This document shows positions 1 to 8,215 of a stretch of DNA of 64,000 nt, one piece after another. The stretch covers positions 576,001 to 640,000 of the forward strand of contig CAVVMW010000023.1 in assembly GCA_963749495.1 (NCBI GenBank), read 5' to 3'. The position numbers were made by a program, and so were the translations under genes. Within the stretch, counting starts at the first letter, position 1, and every line of letters begins with the position of its first letter. Under the pieces are notes generated by a model. The model was not told the origin of the DNA and searched no databases. It saw only the letters and a list, made by a program, of their open reading frames with translations. This DNA comes from an uncultured bacterium (GTDB taxonomy: Bacteria > Verrucomicrobiota > Verrucomicrobiia > Limisphaerales > UBA8199).

Positions 1-1014
1 TACGGCAACGGCGCGCGGCGCCGCGATTGCGCGCCGGGCTCGTTTTCCGTCGGCGCCGCGGCCCTGCAACGGCGGGTGCGGGACGAATTGGGGCTGGATC
101 ACACGCTGGGCCAGGTCGAGGCCGTGGCGCTGGGCGAAGTCGCGCGGGTGGGGGCGCTGCTCCAGGCGGCCTGCGCCCCTTTCGGGCGCCGCCGCCGGGC
201 GGAGGAGATCATCGCGCAGGCGCGCGCGGCGTGGCGGCCGGACCGGCCCTTGCTGGACCTTTACCGGGAGCAGACCCGGCGCGTTGCCGAGGGTTTCCGG
301 CAGGCGCAGGCGGTGAGCTTCCCCGCCGGAGACCAACTGCAGGTCAAGCCGGTGCCCGAGTTTCTGCGAATGCTCATTCCCACGGCGGCCTACAACTCGC
401 CGGGGGCCTTCGAGAAACGCCAGCGCGGCACCTTCTGGGTCAACGACCTGAGCGTGACCCGGCGCACGGAAGCCGAGAAATTGGCCGAGCAACAGCAGCA
501 TTTTGGCCTGGCCCTGACTTGCGCGCACGAGGCCTATCCCGGCCATCACCTCCAATTCGTGACCGCCAACCGGCACCCGCGAAAATGGCGGCGCCTCTTC
601 GCGCACGCGGTCTTCTACGAGGGCTGGACGCTCTGGTGCGAGCAGATGATGGTCAACCTGCGCATCGAACCGTCGCCCTGGCTGGGCGTGCAGCAACTCC
701 ACGACGCGCTGTGGCGCTGCCATCGCATCCTGGTGGACCTGCGCCTGCAGACCGGGCGCTACTCCCATGAGCAGGGCGTGCGCCACGTGCAGCGGCACCT
801 GGGTTTCACCCGCGCCCGCGCGGAGGCGGACGTCAATTGGTACACCGCCCAGCCGGCGGTCCCCATGAGCTACTGGCTCGGCCGCCTGGAAAACGAGCGC
901 CTCCAGCGCCGGCTCATGGCCGGCCGCGGCTGGAGCCTCAAACAATTCAACGATTGGCTCCTGAGCTTCGGCACCCTGCCCCAGGCCTGGATCGAAAAGT
1001 ATGGCCTGGACTGA
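1..1014 (+). CDS. DUF885 family protein (zinc metallopeptidase-like), 5' end outside window
   Basis: Frame open from base 1; HEAYPGHHLQ, FYEGWTLWCE and SYWLG motifs typical of DUF885. Confidence 0.85.
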   Translation, partial: YGNGARRRDCAPGSFSVGAAALQRRVRDELGLDHTLGQVEAVALGEVARVGALLQAACAPFGRRRRAEEIIAQARAAWRPDRPLLDLYREQTRRVAEGFRQAQAVSFPAGDQLQVKPVPEFLRMLIPTAAYNSPGAFEKRQRGTFWVNDLSVTRRTEAEKLAEQQQHFGLALTCAHEAYPGHHLQFVTANRHPRKWRRLFAHAVFYEGWTLWCEQMMVNLRIEPSPWLGVQQLHDALWRCHRILVDLRLQTGRYSHEQGVRHVQRHLGFTRARAEADVNWYTAQPAVPMSYWLGRLENERLQRRLMAGRGWSLKQFNDWLLSFGTLPQAWIEKYGLD

Positions 1015-1046
1015 CGCCGCCTGGGACCAGCGCACGCCCGATCCCC

Positions 1047-1138
1047 AACCTTCGTCGCAACCTTTGTCGCGGCCTTTGTCGCAACCTTGCAGTCCATTCT
1101 TTCGACAAAGACCGCGACAAAGACCGCGACAAAGATCG
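1047..1138. repeat. Hairpin made of 12-bp tandem units (family copy 1)
   Basis: About 3x AACCTTTGTCGC, a spacer, then about 3x GCGACAAAGACC; related copy at 48325-48410. Confidence 0.85.
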
Positions 1139-1220
1139 GCAATAGGGGTTTTTCGGTCACGCTCCAAGGTCGCGCCGTTTTTTGTTTTCCCCCACACGCG
1201 GCTGTGCTAGCTTCCAGCAA

Positions 1221-1409
1221 ATGAGCACGGTGCAAGAAATCGAAGCCGCCATCCTTCGTCTCTCCCGGCCGGAACAGGAGCAATTGCGCGCCTGGTTTGA
1301 GGAGTTCCTCGAAAACCAGCTTGAATTGAGCGACGAAGCCAAAGCCAAGCTCGACCAATCCCGCGGCGAGATCGCCGAGGGCAACTACCGGACTCGCCAA
1401 CGTGGATAA
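1221..1409 (+). CDS. Small antitoxin-like (addiction module type) protein
   Basis: 62 aa MSTVQEIEAAILRLSRPEQEQLRAWFEE..., resembles small helical TA-associated proteins; ATG at 1221. Confidence 0.6.
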   Translation: MSTVQEIEAAILRLSRPEQEQLRAWFEEFLENQLELSDEAKAKLDQSRGEIAEGNYRTRQRG

Positions 1410-1447
1410 CTTCAGTGGCTTGATAAATTAGGAACATCAAAAACCGC

Positions 1448-1816
1448 GTGGGAACATTTTACACAAGCTGTCACGTGGAGAATCACATTGACCGGAAGAA
1501 GTCGGTTGAAGTTCCCAAATTGCTCGTGGACACCGGCGCGGAGTTCACGTGGATCAAAGCCGGCACGTTGAAGAAAGTCGGGGTGGCAAAGGAAAAGAAG
1601 AATTACACGTTCGTCACCGCGACGGGCGAGGAGATCAACCGCACGATTGGCTTTGCCATCATTCGCGTTGGTGACGCCCTGACGATTGACGAAGTCGTAT
1701 TCGCCGAACCCAACGATTTGGAGATGCTCGGCGCCCGTTCCTTGGGAGGTTTGAACCTGCGCGTCGATTCCCGCGCGAAAAAACTCGTAGCCGGTGGACC
1801 CATTCTTGCAGCCTGA
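1448..1816 (+). CDS. Retropepsin-like (clan AA) aspartyl protease
   Basis: 122 aa single domain with LVDTGA catalytic motif and a downstream MLG motif. Confidence 0.85.
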   Translation: MGTFYTSCHVENHIDRKKSVEVPKLLVDTGAEFTWIKAGTLKKVGVAKEKKNYTFVTATGEEINRTIGFAIIRVGDALTIDEVVFAEPNDLEMLGARSLGGLNLRVDSRAKKLVAGGPILAA

Positions 1817-2002
1817 AGGCCGGCTCGGTCGGTCGCCTGACGCCTTGCGGAGCCGCGTTGTTTTCCGTGCAACAGATTGGAACACCAAACGTGCGTAAAC
1901 GTGCGTGTTGGCGCCAGATCCACCGGAAGCCGGAAAAGACTAGTTTGCGCTGTATTCATGCGATTGTCATGCCTGTTTGGCGCACAGTCTCGAAAGGCCA
2001 AT

Positions 2003-2052
2003 AATGGTTTCCTAAACCGTTGATCCCCGTTCAATTCGGGGTGGGGGCACCA
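2003..2052 (+). other. 3' half of tRNA-Arg(CCT), att-like site
   Basis: AATGGT-TTCCTAA-ACCGTT anticodon arm, CCCCG-TTCAATT-CGGGG T-arm, TGGGGGCACCA acceptor end; no D-arm or 5' acceptor strand upstream. Confidence 0.8.
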
Positions 2053-2109
2053 GCGGATTTCGACACGGATATTGACAACGCCTTCGGGAAAGGGGAGATT
2101 TGGCTTGTT

Positions 2110-2298
2110 ATGAGGCACCCGCAACGCGCCGCGCAAAAGAAACTCGACTACCCGGAAGAAACTCCCGGCAGCCGTCTGGCTGCCAAAGCTCGCAAGCTGG
2201 CCAACAAACTCACCCCGGAACAGCGCCGGGATCATTTCAACAGGGCCATGACGATGATCTATGCCGGCGCAAAAGAAGCAACTCTCCCTCGACACTAA
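2110..2298 (+). CDS. Putative antitoxin of the downstream PIN toxin
   Basis: 62-aa ORF overlapping the start of the PIN gene. Confidence 0.6.
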   Translation: MRHPQRAAQKKLDYPEETPGSRLAAKARKLANKLTPEQRRDHFNRAMTMIYAGAKEATLPRH

Positions 2299-2758
2299 CA
2301 TCGTCTTCGATCTCGCCGGAGAAAAAGACTTCGCCCATGATTTTCGTGAGGTTTTCCAGAGTAAAGGTTACGCCTTGGTCTTGCCGCCCACGGCCGTTCA
2401 CGAACTGCACGTCATTTTCACTGAAGGCGCCAGTGAAGCGGAGCGGGAACTGGCGCGTACGGCACTGACCCACTTGAAGCAATGGGGCATCCGACCCTTT
2501 GACCTGGATTCTGCGGCGGAAGCTATTTGCGAGCAATTCGTTCGCGGCCTGCTTCGGCAAAGCCTGATTCCCGAAGGCGAGTTCAACGACGGCCTGATTC
2601 TGGCCGAGACGTCACTGGCGGAAATTCCCCTGGTGGTGACTTCCGACAAGCATCTGCTAAACATCGACGAAGACGCCTTGCTGCTGGCCTTCAACGAAGC
2701 CGATCTTTGGCCTGTGCGTCCGGTTCACCCGAGGCGTTTATTGCGGGTTCTGCGTTAG
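2261..2758 (+). CDS. PIN-domain (VapC-like) ribonuclease toxin
   Basis: SLDTNI, EL, NDGLILA and VTSDKHL acidic PIN motifs. Confidence 0.85.
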   Translation: MPAQKKQLSLDTNIVFDLAGEKDFAHDFREVFQSKGYALVLPPTAVHELHVIFTEGASEAERELARTALTHLKQWGIRPFDLDSAAEAICEQFVRGLLRQSLIPEGEFNDGLILAETSLAEIPLVVTSDKHLLNIDEDALLLAFNEADLWPVRPVHPRRLLRVLR

Positions 2759-2889
2759 CGCGCTCGGCGCGGATTTTGCCGCAAAGGGTCCGCGTCAAAG
2801 CAGGGTGAAAGAGCCCGGCTTTTCATGCTAACCATACAAGTGCATGAAAGACCCTGCGTTGAATCCAGTTCATCCCGGCGACGGGCGAC

Positions 2890-3036
2890 GAGCCAGTTTC
2901 GGCGGGTGGCCTCTTCGATGCAGAAGTCGGTGCTCTGGAGCTTGTAGGCCGCGGCAATGGCCTTCCAGCAGCCCGTCTCGTGGGCTCCCGCGATGGCGTT
3001 CGCGTCGATGAAGACTCTCGACCCTCTGGGGACCAT
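2890..3036 (-). pseudogene. Truncated PIN-like partner of the XRE/ImmA gene
   Basis: VFIDANAI...CIEE N-terminal PIN-like strand and helix; coding character is lost after about 46 aa. Confidence 0.5.
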
Positions 3037-3049
3037 GGCGGGAATGGCC

Positions 3050-4202
3050 TCAGAAGGACGGGTCGAATCCGTAGGCGGAGACGATTTCCTTCAGATCATA
3101 GGGCTCGCACTCAAGGAGCTCGGCGGCCTTGGGCACGCTGACCAGGCCGCGATCAAGGACGGTGTGGAGGCGCCGGGCAAACTGCGCGCTGTAGCGGTTG
3201 GGCTTGGCAGCCCCGTCCTTCTCATCAGAGCGCGACAGGAGCCGGAGGTCGACGGGGACCGTCTTCGACAGCAGGCCGGCGTTGACCAGGCGCCAGTACA
3301 GGGCTTGGCCAGACACCCGAAAGTCCTTCGCGGTGGCGATGATCCACTGGTGGAGGTCACTTTCCGGCAGGCGAGGCCGCCACCGGCTCTGCACCTCCCG
3401 GAGCGGCATCAGCAGCCCGGAGTCTGAAGTTGTCGGCCAGCTTCTCGACCTTGGGCCGCTGATCGCCTTGCAGGACCGGATCAATTCGGTCCGGCGGCAT
3501 CTCGGCCCACGTGAGGACATGAAACAGTTCGTGGCCGAGGTCGAAGTTCCGGCAGAAGGAGGCCTCGTTCCGGTTGATGAGCACGTAGTCCCCGTCCGGC
3601 AGGTGACACGCGGCGCCCGAGATGCTTTCGGGGGCATCCACGAAGAGGATGGAGACGCGCAGTTGCTCCTCCACGGCCTCCAGGAGCTTGAGCGCCGGAG
3701 CCACCCCCAGGCCGAGCGACCTGGCCGTCCGGTCCCCGGCATCCGCGGCGGCCAGCAGGGGCGTCAGCTTGTTGATACCCTTGAGCTGGTTGCCGAACGG
3801 TGCCCCGGGTTCGCCGAGCAACCTGCGGAAGCGGCGGTTGGCCGAGATCAGCTTGTGCGCCTTCTGCTCGAATGCGCCGATGTCGGGCGAATTTGGGCTT
3901 GCCCGGTAAGAGAATGCGTTTGTCTCCGTGATGACGTAGGGGTCGGTGAAGAAGGACACGGGCTTGGAGAGGATCTTCGCAATGCGCACCATCTCGTCAG
4001 GGGCGATGCGCCGTATTCCGGTCTCGATGGCGGAGATCGTCTGCCGGTCGTTGCACCTGAAGGCCGCGGCGAACTGGTCCTGCGTCATGGACCTCTCCAC
4101 CCGAGCCTGCCGAATTCGCTCCGCTACCTGTGCGGCGAATTCATCTGCCCGCTGGGTATCCATTGGCCGGAGCGGTTTGGGGCCTAACAGCAACATGTGC
4201 AC
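3050..4202 (-). CDS. XRE-family HTH + ImmA/IrrE metallopeptidase, frameshifted near 3425
   Basis: TQDQFA...RQTISAIETG HTH, HELFH zinc motif, EKLADNF; continues as SGLLMP... in ORF 3050..3742 after one extra base. Confidence 0.85.
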
Positions 4203-4278
4203 AGGGTATCTTGCGGAATGAAAAACGCAAGATTAAAGTTCGGCTCCTTTTTTGGGGGGGAGACGATGGGGCCGGATC

Positions 4279-4503
4279 TCAACGATTGAGATTCCTGAGA
4301 ATGTTTCTCTCGGCGCGTTTCAAGCCGCTGGCAGTCAACCCGTATTCGATCAGCGCAGAATCCTCGCTATAGACTTCCACCGGACGCAACGCGACAATTC
4401 GGCCGCTCCCGGAGTGGACTATGCCAATGTCCTCTCCTTGGAGAACCCGGGAAAGGATGGCGCCTAGGCTTTGCCTCGCCTGAGTGGCCGTCATTGTCTT
4501 CAT
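4279..4503 (-). CDS. Phd/YefM-family antitoxin (no adjacent toxin)
   Basis: MKTMTATQARQSLGAILSRVLQGEDIGI Phd-type N-terminus. Confidence 0.7.
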   Translation of the reverse strand: MKTMTATQARQSLGAILSRVLQGEDIGIVHSGSGRIVALRPVEVYSEDSALIEYGLTASGLKRAERNILRNLNR

Positions 4504-4808
4504 ACGCGCATTATACTGTAACCGCGCAGCCGGAGCAAGACCGGCCTTGCCGGCCTGGTGGCATCAAAACGAATCGCGTCAGTGGCGCAAAAACCGCATT
4601 GCCCCAGTGCCCGCGCTCGCCCGAAATCCCCCATGCCGGCCTCGGAATACTCCTCCGCCCTCTGTTCTTCTCCCTGGGCCGGATTGCTCAGCCGGCTCAT
4701 GCGGGCTGCGGTGAAAGGCCCACCGGCGGACCGATAACTCACCCGGTCGCAGGCTGGGTTGCTCAACGGGGCGCGGGCTGCAACGTGATGACGGAGCACT
4801 TGGAAGCT

Positions 4809-4846
4809 GCGAAGCGTTTTGGACTGCGGCAGTCCTCTGCCGCTTT
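4809..4846. repeat. REP-like element, half copy
   Basis: CGAAGCGTTTTGGACTGCGGCAGTCCTCTGCCGCTTT; also at about 26244-26272 and 50508-50600. Confidence 0.8.
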
Positions 4847-5105
4847 CGCGTTCCCAGAACCAGGGACTTGCCAGAATGATGAAGCCATGTTAGTCTCCTG
4901 GTTAAAGAAGCGCCACAACTTCAGAGCGCCTGCAAGGCGGTGCACGGGCGCACCTATTGAGCGCTCGTTGCGGCCTTTCGAGCTGGGATAGCCTGACAAC
5001 GGCTTTGGGAATATGAAAGAGCAGCACCCGCGTAGCGGCCCGAGATGGGTGCCTTCGGAAGCAACAATCGCAGGCAGCACCCTCCCCCGAGTGCACACCA
5101 GTAAC

Positions 5106-7109
5106 ATGAACAGGTTGTGTGCAATCATTGGATTAGCGCTGCTGGCAAGCGGCGCGGCGGCGGCCGCCTCCGACCCGCTGGACGAGTGGCGATGGCGCAA
5201 CCCGCTGCCCAATGGCAACGATTTGCTCGCCGTCGTCTATGCCAACGGCGGCTTTTTGGCCGTGGGCGATGTTGGGGCCGTGGCCACTTCGATCGACGGG
5301 ACGAACTGGACCAACGGGAGCACCGGCTATGCTCCTAGTCCCTGGCTTCCGTACCGGCTTAGTGGAGTTGCCTACGGAAATGGGAGCTATGTGGCCGTTG
5401 GGGGGGTCGGCCCTGCCGGCAGCCAGGGCGGCCTGATCCTGGCCTCGCCCGACGGTGTCACGTGGACCCAGGAGGCCATCCCCGACAGTACGTGGGCACT
5501 GGAGAGCGTTGCCTATGGCAACGGCCTGTTCGTCGCCGTTGGCGTGAGGACCGACCCGGCCACGGACGCAGCGCTGGATAGCATTTTGACATCGCCGGAC
5601 GGGGTCCACTGGACTGAACGAGGCACCATGGCCGCAAGCTATCTCAGCGCGATCACTTATGGTAAGGGCCTCTTCGTGGCGGTCGGCGGCACGGGGATCC
5701 TGACTTCTCCTGACGGGTTGAACTGGGCCCAATCTCTCCCGGCGTGCGGCCCCCAACTGCTGTCTGTGGCCTTCGGCAATGGCAATTTTGTCGCGGTGGG
5801 AGCAGGGTTGGTAACGTCGGCGGACGGCTACACCTGGACGGACGTCCGGTCGGTGGTTGGCCCCTGGCCGCTCGTTTCCTACGGCGCTGGTCTGTTTGTC
5901 GCCATGGACGGCCAGACGATTGCCACCTCGACGGACGCGGTGACTTTTGCCGAGGGGACCTCCGGCGTCACGCAAAGCCCTGCATGCATCGCCTATGGCA
6001 ACGGCATTTTCGTCAGCCTGGGCAACGCCGCGACGAGGCTCGTATCGAGCGACGGCCTCCGCTGGACGAACCTGGCCTCAGGGGTGACGAGCTACCTTAA
6101 GAACGTCGCCTTCGGGAACCGCGTTTTTGTGGCTGCCGGGACCGCCGGCGCCGTCCTGCTTTCGACCGACGGCGTGTGCTGGGCATCTCAGCGTTCCGGC
6201 GCATTCGGCGACCTCTATGCGTTGACCTATGCCAACGGCCTTTTTGTCGCGGCAGGTTACCAGGGCAACATATTCACCTCCACCAACGGCGCGAAGTGGG
6301 TGCGCCCCAGTTCGCCGACGGTAAGCTGGCTGCAGAGCGGGGCCTACGGCAATGGACAATATGTGCTGGTGGGCGGGGGAGGCGCCATCGTCACGTCGTC
6401 CAACGGGTCTGATTGGGCCCTGAGCGACTCCCACTACACCAATGGGCTGGAGAGCATCGCCTACGGGAACGGCTTGTTCGTGGTTGGAACTGACACCGGG
6501 CTCGTTCTGACCTCCCCAACAGGAGAGGACTGGGCCACCCAAGCCATCGATGCCCCCGGTGGCTTTCTGGGCGTGACTTGGGGCGGAGGCACTTTCGTGG
6601 CGGCGGGACCTGACGGACTTGCAGCCTCCACCAATGGCCTGGACTGGGTGATGGCGAAAACCCCCGTCCAGTTTACTGAGAATTACTACTGCTCGAGCGT
6701 GAATTATGGCCACGGCGTCTTCCTGGCGACCGGCACCCAGGGGCTGATCCTCTCCTCGACCAACGGGCTTGACTGGGTTGACCACGCGTTCGATACGGGG
6801 AACAGCCTCTTGGGCGCGGCTTACGGCCTGGGCACGTTTGTGGTGGTCGGGGATTTAGGCACGATACTGCAATCGGGCCAGTTCCCCTCGTCGCCGCTGA
6901 GGCTTGGGCCGATTATCGCCCTGGCAGACCGCGCCATGGCGGTTACGGCCGCAGGTCCAGCCGGCTGGACATGGGAGTTCCAGGCCTCGACGAACCTCGT
7001 CGATTGGCTGGAGCTGATCGAGCTCCCGGCCACGAACGCGACGGCAACATTCACAGATCGCGATGCGGCGAACTACGCCCGCCGTTTCTACCGCGGGTGG
7101 GCCTGGTGA
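5106..7109 (+). CDS. Secreted beta-propeller repeat protein with C-terminal S-x-N-L-x-x-W...FYR domain
   Basis: Signal peptide [20 protein letters not shown]; many YGNGxFVAVG...TSxDGxxW repeats; QASTNLVDW...RRFYRG tail. Confidence 0.85.
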   Translation: MNRLCAIIGLALLASGAAAAASDPLDEWRWRNPLPNGNDLLAVVYANGGFLAVGDVGAVATSIDGTNWTNGSTGYAPSPWLPYRLSGVAYGNGSYVAVGGVGPAGSQGGLILASPDGVTWTQEAIPDSTWALESVAYGNGLFVAVGVRTDPATDAALDSILTSPDGVHWTERGTMAASYLSAITYGKGLFVAVGGTGILTSPDGLNWAQSLPACGPQLLSVAFGNGNFVAVGAGLVTSADGYTWTDVRSVVGPWPLVSYGAGLFVAMDGQTIATSTDAVTFAEGTSGVTQSPACIAYGNGIFVSLGNAATRLVSSDGLRWTNLASGVTSYLKNVAFGNRVFVAAGTAGAVLLSTDGVCWASQRSGAFGDLYALTYANGLFVAAGYQGNIFTSTNGAKWVRPSSPTVSWLQSGAYGNGQYVLVGGGGAIVTSSNGSDWALSDSHYTNGLESIAYGNGLFVVGTDTGLVLTSPTGEDWATQAIDAPGGFLGVTWGGGTFVAAGPDGLAASTNGLDWVMAKTPVQFTENYYCSSVNYGHGVFLATGTQGLILSSTNGLDWVDHAFDTGNSLLGAAYGLGTFVVVGDLGTILQSGQFPSSPLRLGPIIALADRAMAVTAAGPAGWTWEFQASTNLVDWLELIELPATNATATFTDRDAANYARRFYRGWAW

Positions 7110-7132
7110 GCCCTTTCAGGGCACAACTGTTC

Positions 7133-8065
7133 ATGAAAGCTGAAAGCAACGGAGACCGGGATGACGGCCCCTTGACGAGGGCGGCGCACGGGAGCGCCTT
7201 CACCCTCATTGAGTTGTTGGTGGTCATCGCCGTGATCGCCATCCTCGCGGCCCTGCTCCTGCCGGCGCTGCACCGTGCCAAGCTGGCGGCGGACGCTTCG
7301 ATCTGCACGAGCAATCTGCACCAGTGGAGCCTCGCGCTGCGCGCCTACGTGGACGACTTCAAGCGATATCCTCCGTTATGGTTGAGCGACACTCTGGGAG
7401 GGACGGTGCTGGAGTGGCACCAGAGGATGGAACGTTACACTGCGTGCAAGTGGACAGGGTGGGACTCGCTAGTCGCGATCACACCTGGGGCGCCAAGGCC
7501 GAGCGGGATCCAGGTCTGCCCGAGCTACTACCGCCTCGGAGGCGATTTTGGGAGCACGGGTACGGGCAGCTACGGCTACAACGCGTTTGGTTATGAAACG
7601 CCTATGAGCAAAGAATTGGGCCTTGGCGGAGACGCCTTGTCGGCAACAATCGGGAGAGAGAGCGACTCCTCAGCCGATCCCAGCAAATACCGCCTTGTCC
7701 GGGAGGGAGAAGTCGTGTGCCCCAGCGACATGGTGGCCTTCGGCGACGCTTACACGTGCGACTTCAATGCCCCAGGGTGGCCGGACACGTTCTTCGGGCG
7801 GACCGACCTGTCACCAATGGACAGCGTCGTGGGGAACGAGTTGGGTCTGAGCGAGTTCTCGGCCCAGTTCCTGGGGCAGGGCTGGTGGAACGACCCCAAG
7901 TGGAATCGCAGGCGTCACAGCGGCAAATGGATCATGGCCTTCGTGGACGGCCACGTCGAGAAACACGGCGTCGTCGAGTGGTTCAATCCGAAGGTGGACG
8001 GCATTGTCCGGCGCTGGAATCGCGACCACCAGCCGCACGCCGAGTACCTGGGCGAATTTCGCTAG
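7133..8065 (+). CDS. Prepilin-type N-terminal cleavage/methylation protein with H-X9-DG domain
   Basis: [26 protein letters not shown]-terminal [14 protein letters not shown]. Confidence 0.9.
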   Translation: MKAESNGDRDDGPLTRAAHGSAFTLIELLVVIAVIAILAALLLPALHRAKLAADASICTSNLHQWSLALRAYVDDFKRYPPLWLSDTLGGTVLEWHQRMERYTACKWTGWDSLVAITPGAPRPSGIQVCPSYYRLGGDFGSTGTGSYGYNAFGYETPMSKELGLGGDALSATIGRESDSSADPSKYRLVREGEVVCPSDMVAFGDAYTCDFNAPGWPDTFFGRTDLSPMDSVVGNELGLSEFSAQFLGQGWWNDPKWNRRRHSGKWIMAFVDGHVEKHGVVEWFNPKVDGIVRRWNRDHQPHAEYLGEFR

Positions 8066-8215
8066 GGCCGCCTCCTGTCCGAGCGGACGCTCACGTCAGA
8101 TTGAAACCGACATCCCGTTGCCTCCAGCCCTTATGAACCAATTCACCTCCTTCCGCCCGCCACCGTCGGGTGGTAGATTTGCTGAGTGATAGCACGCCCT
8201 TCGGGCTACTGAACC

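Noticed and set aside
1047..1138. Possible CRISPR array (also the 9-mer and NHL repeats)
   Set aside because: Units are contiguous with no unique spacers and no cas genes are present
1980..2052. Complete tRNA gene
   Set aside because: No D-arm and no 5' strand complementary to TGGGGGC; reported as a fragment only
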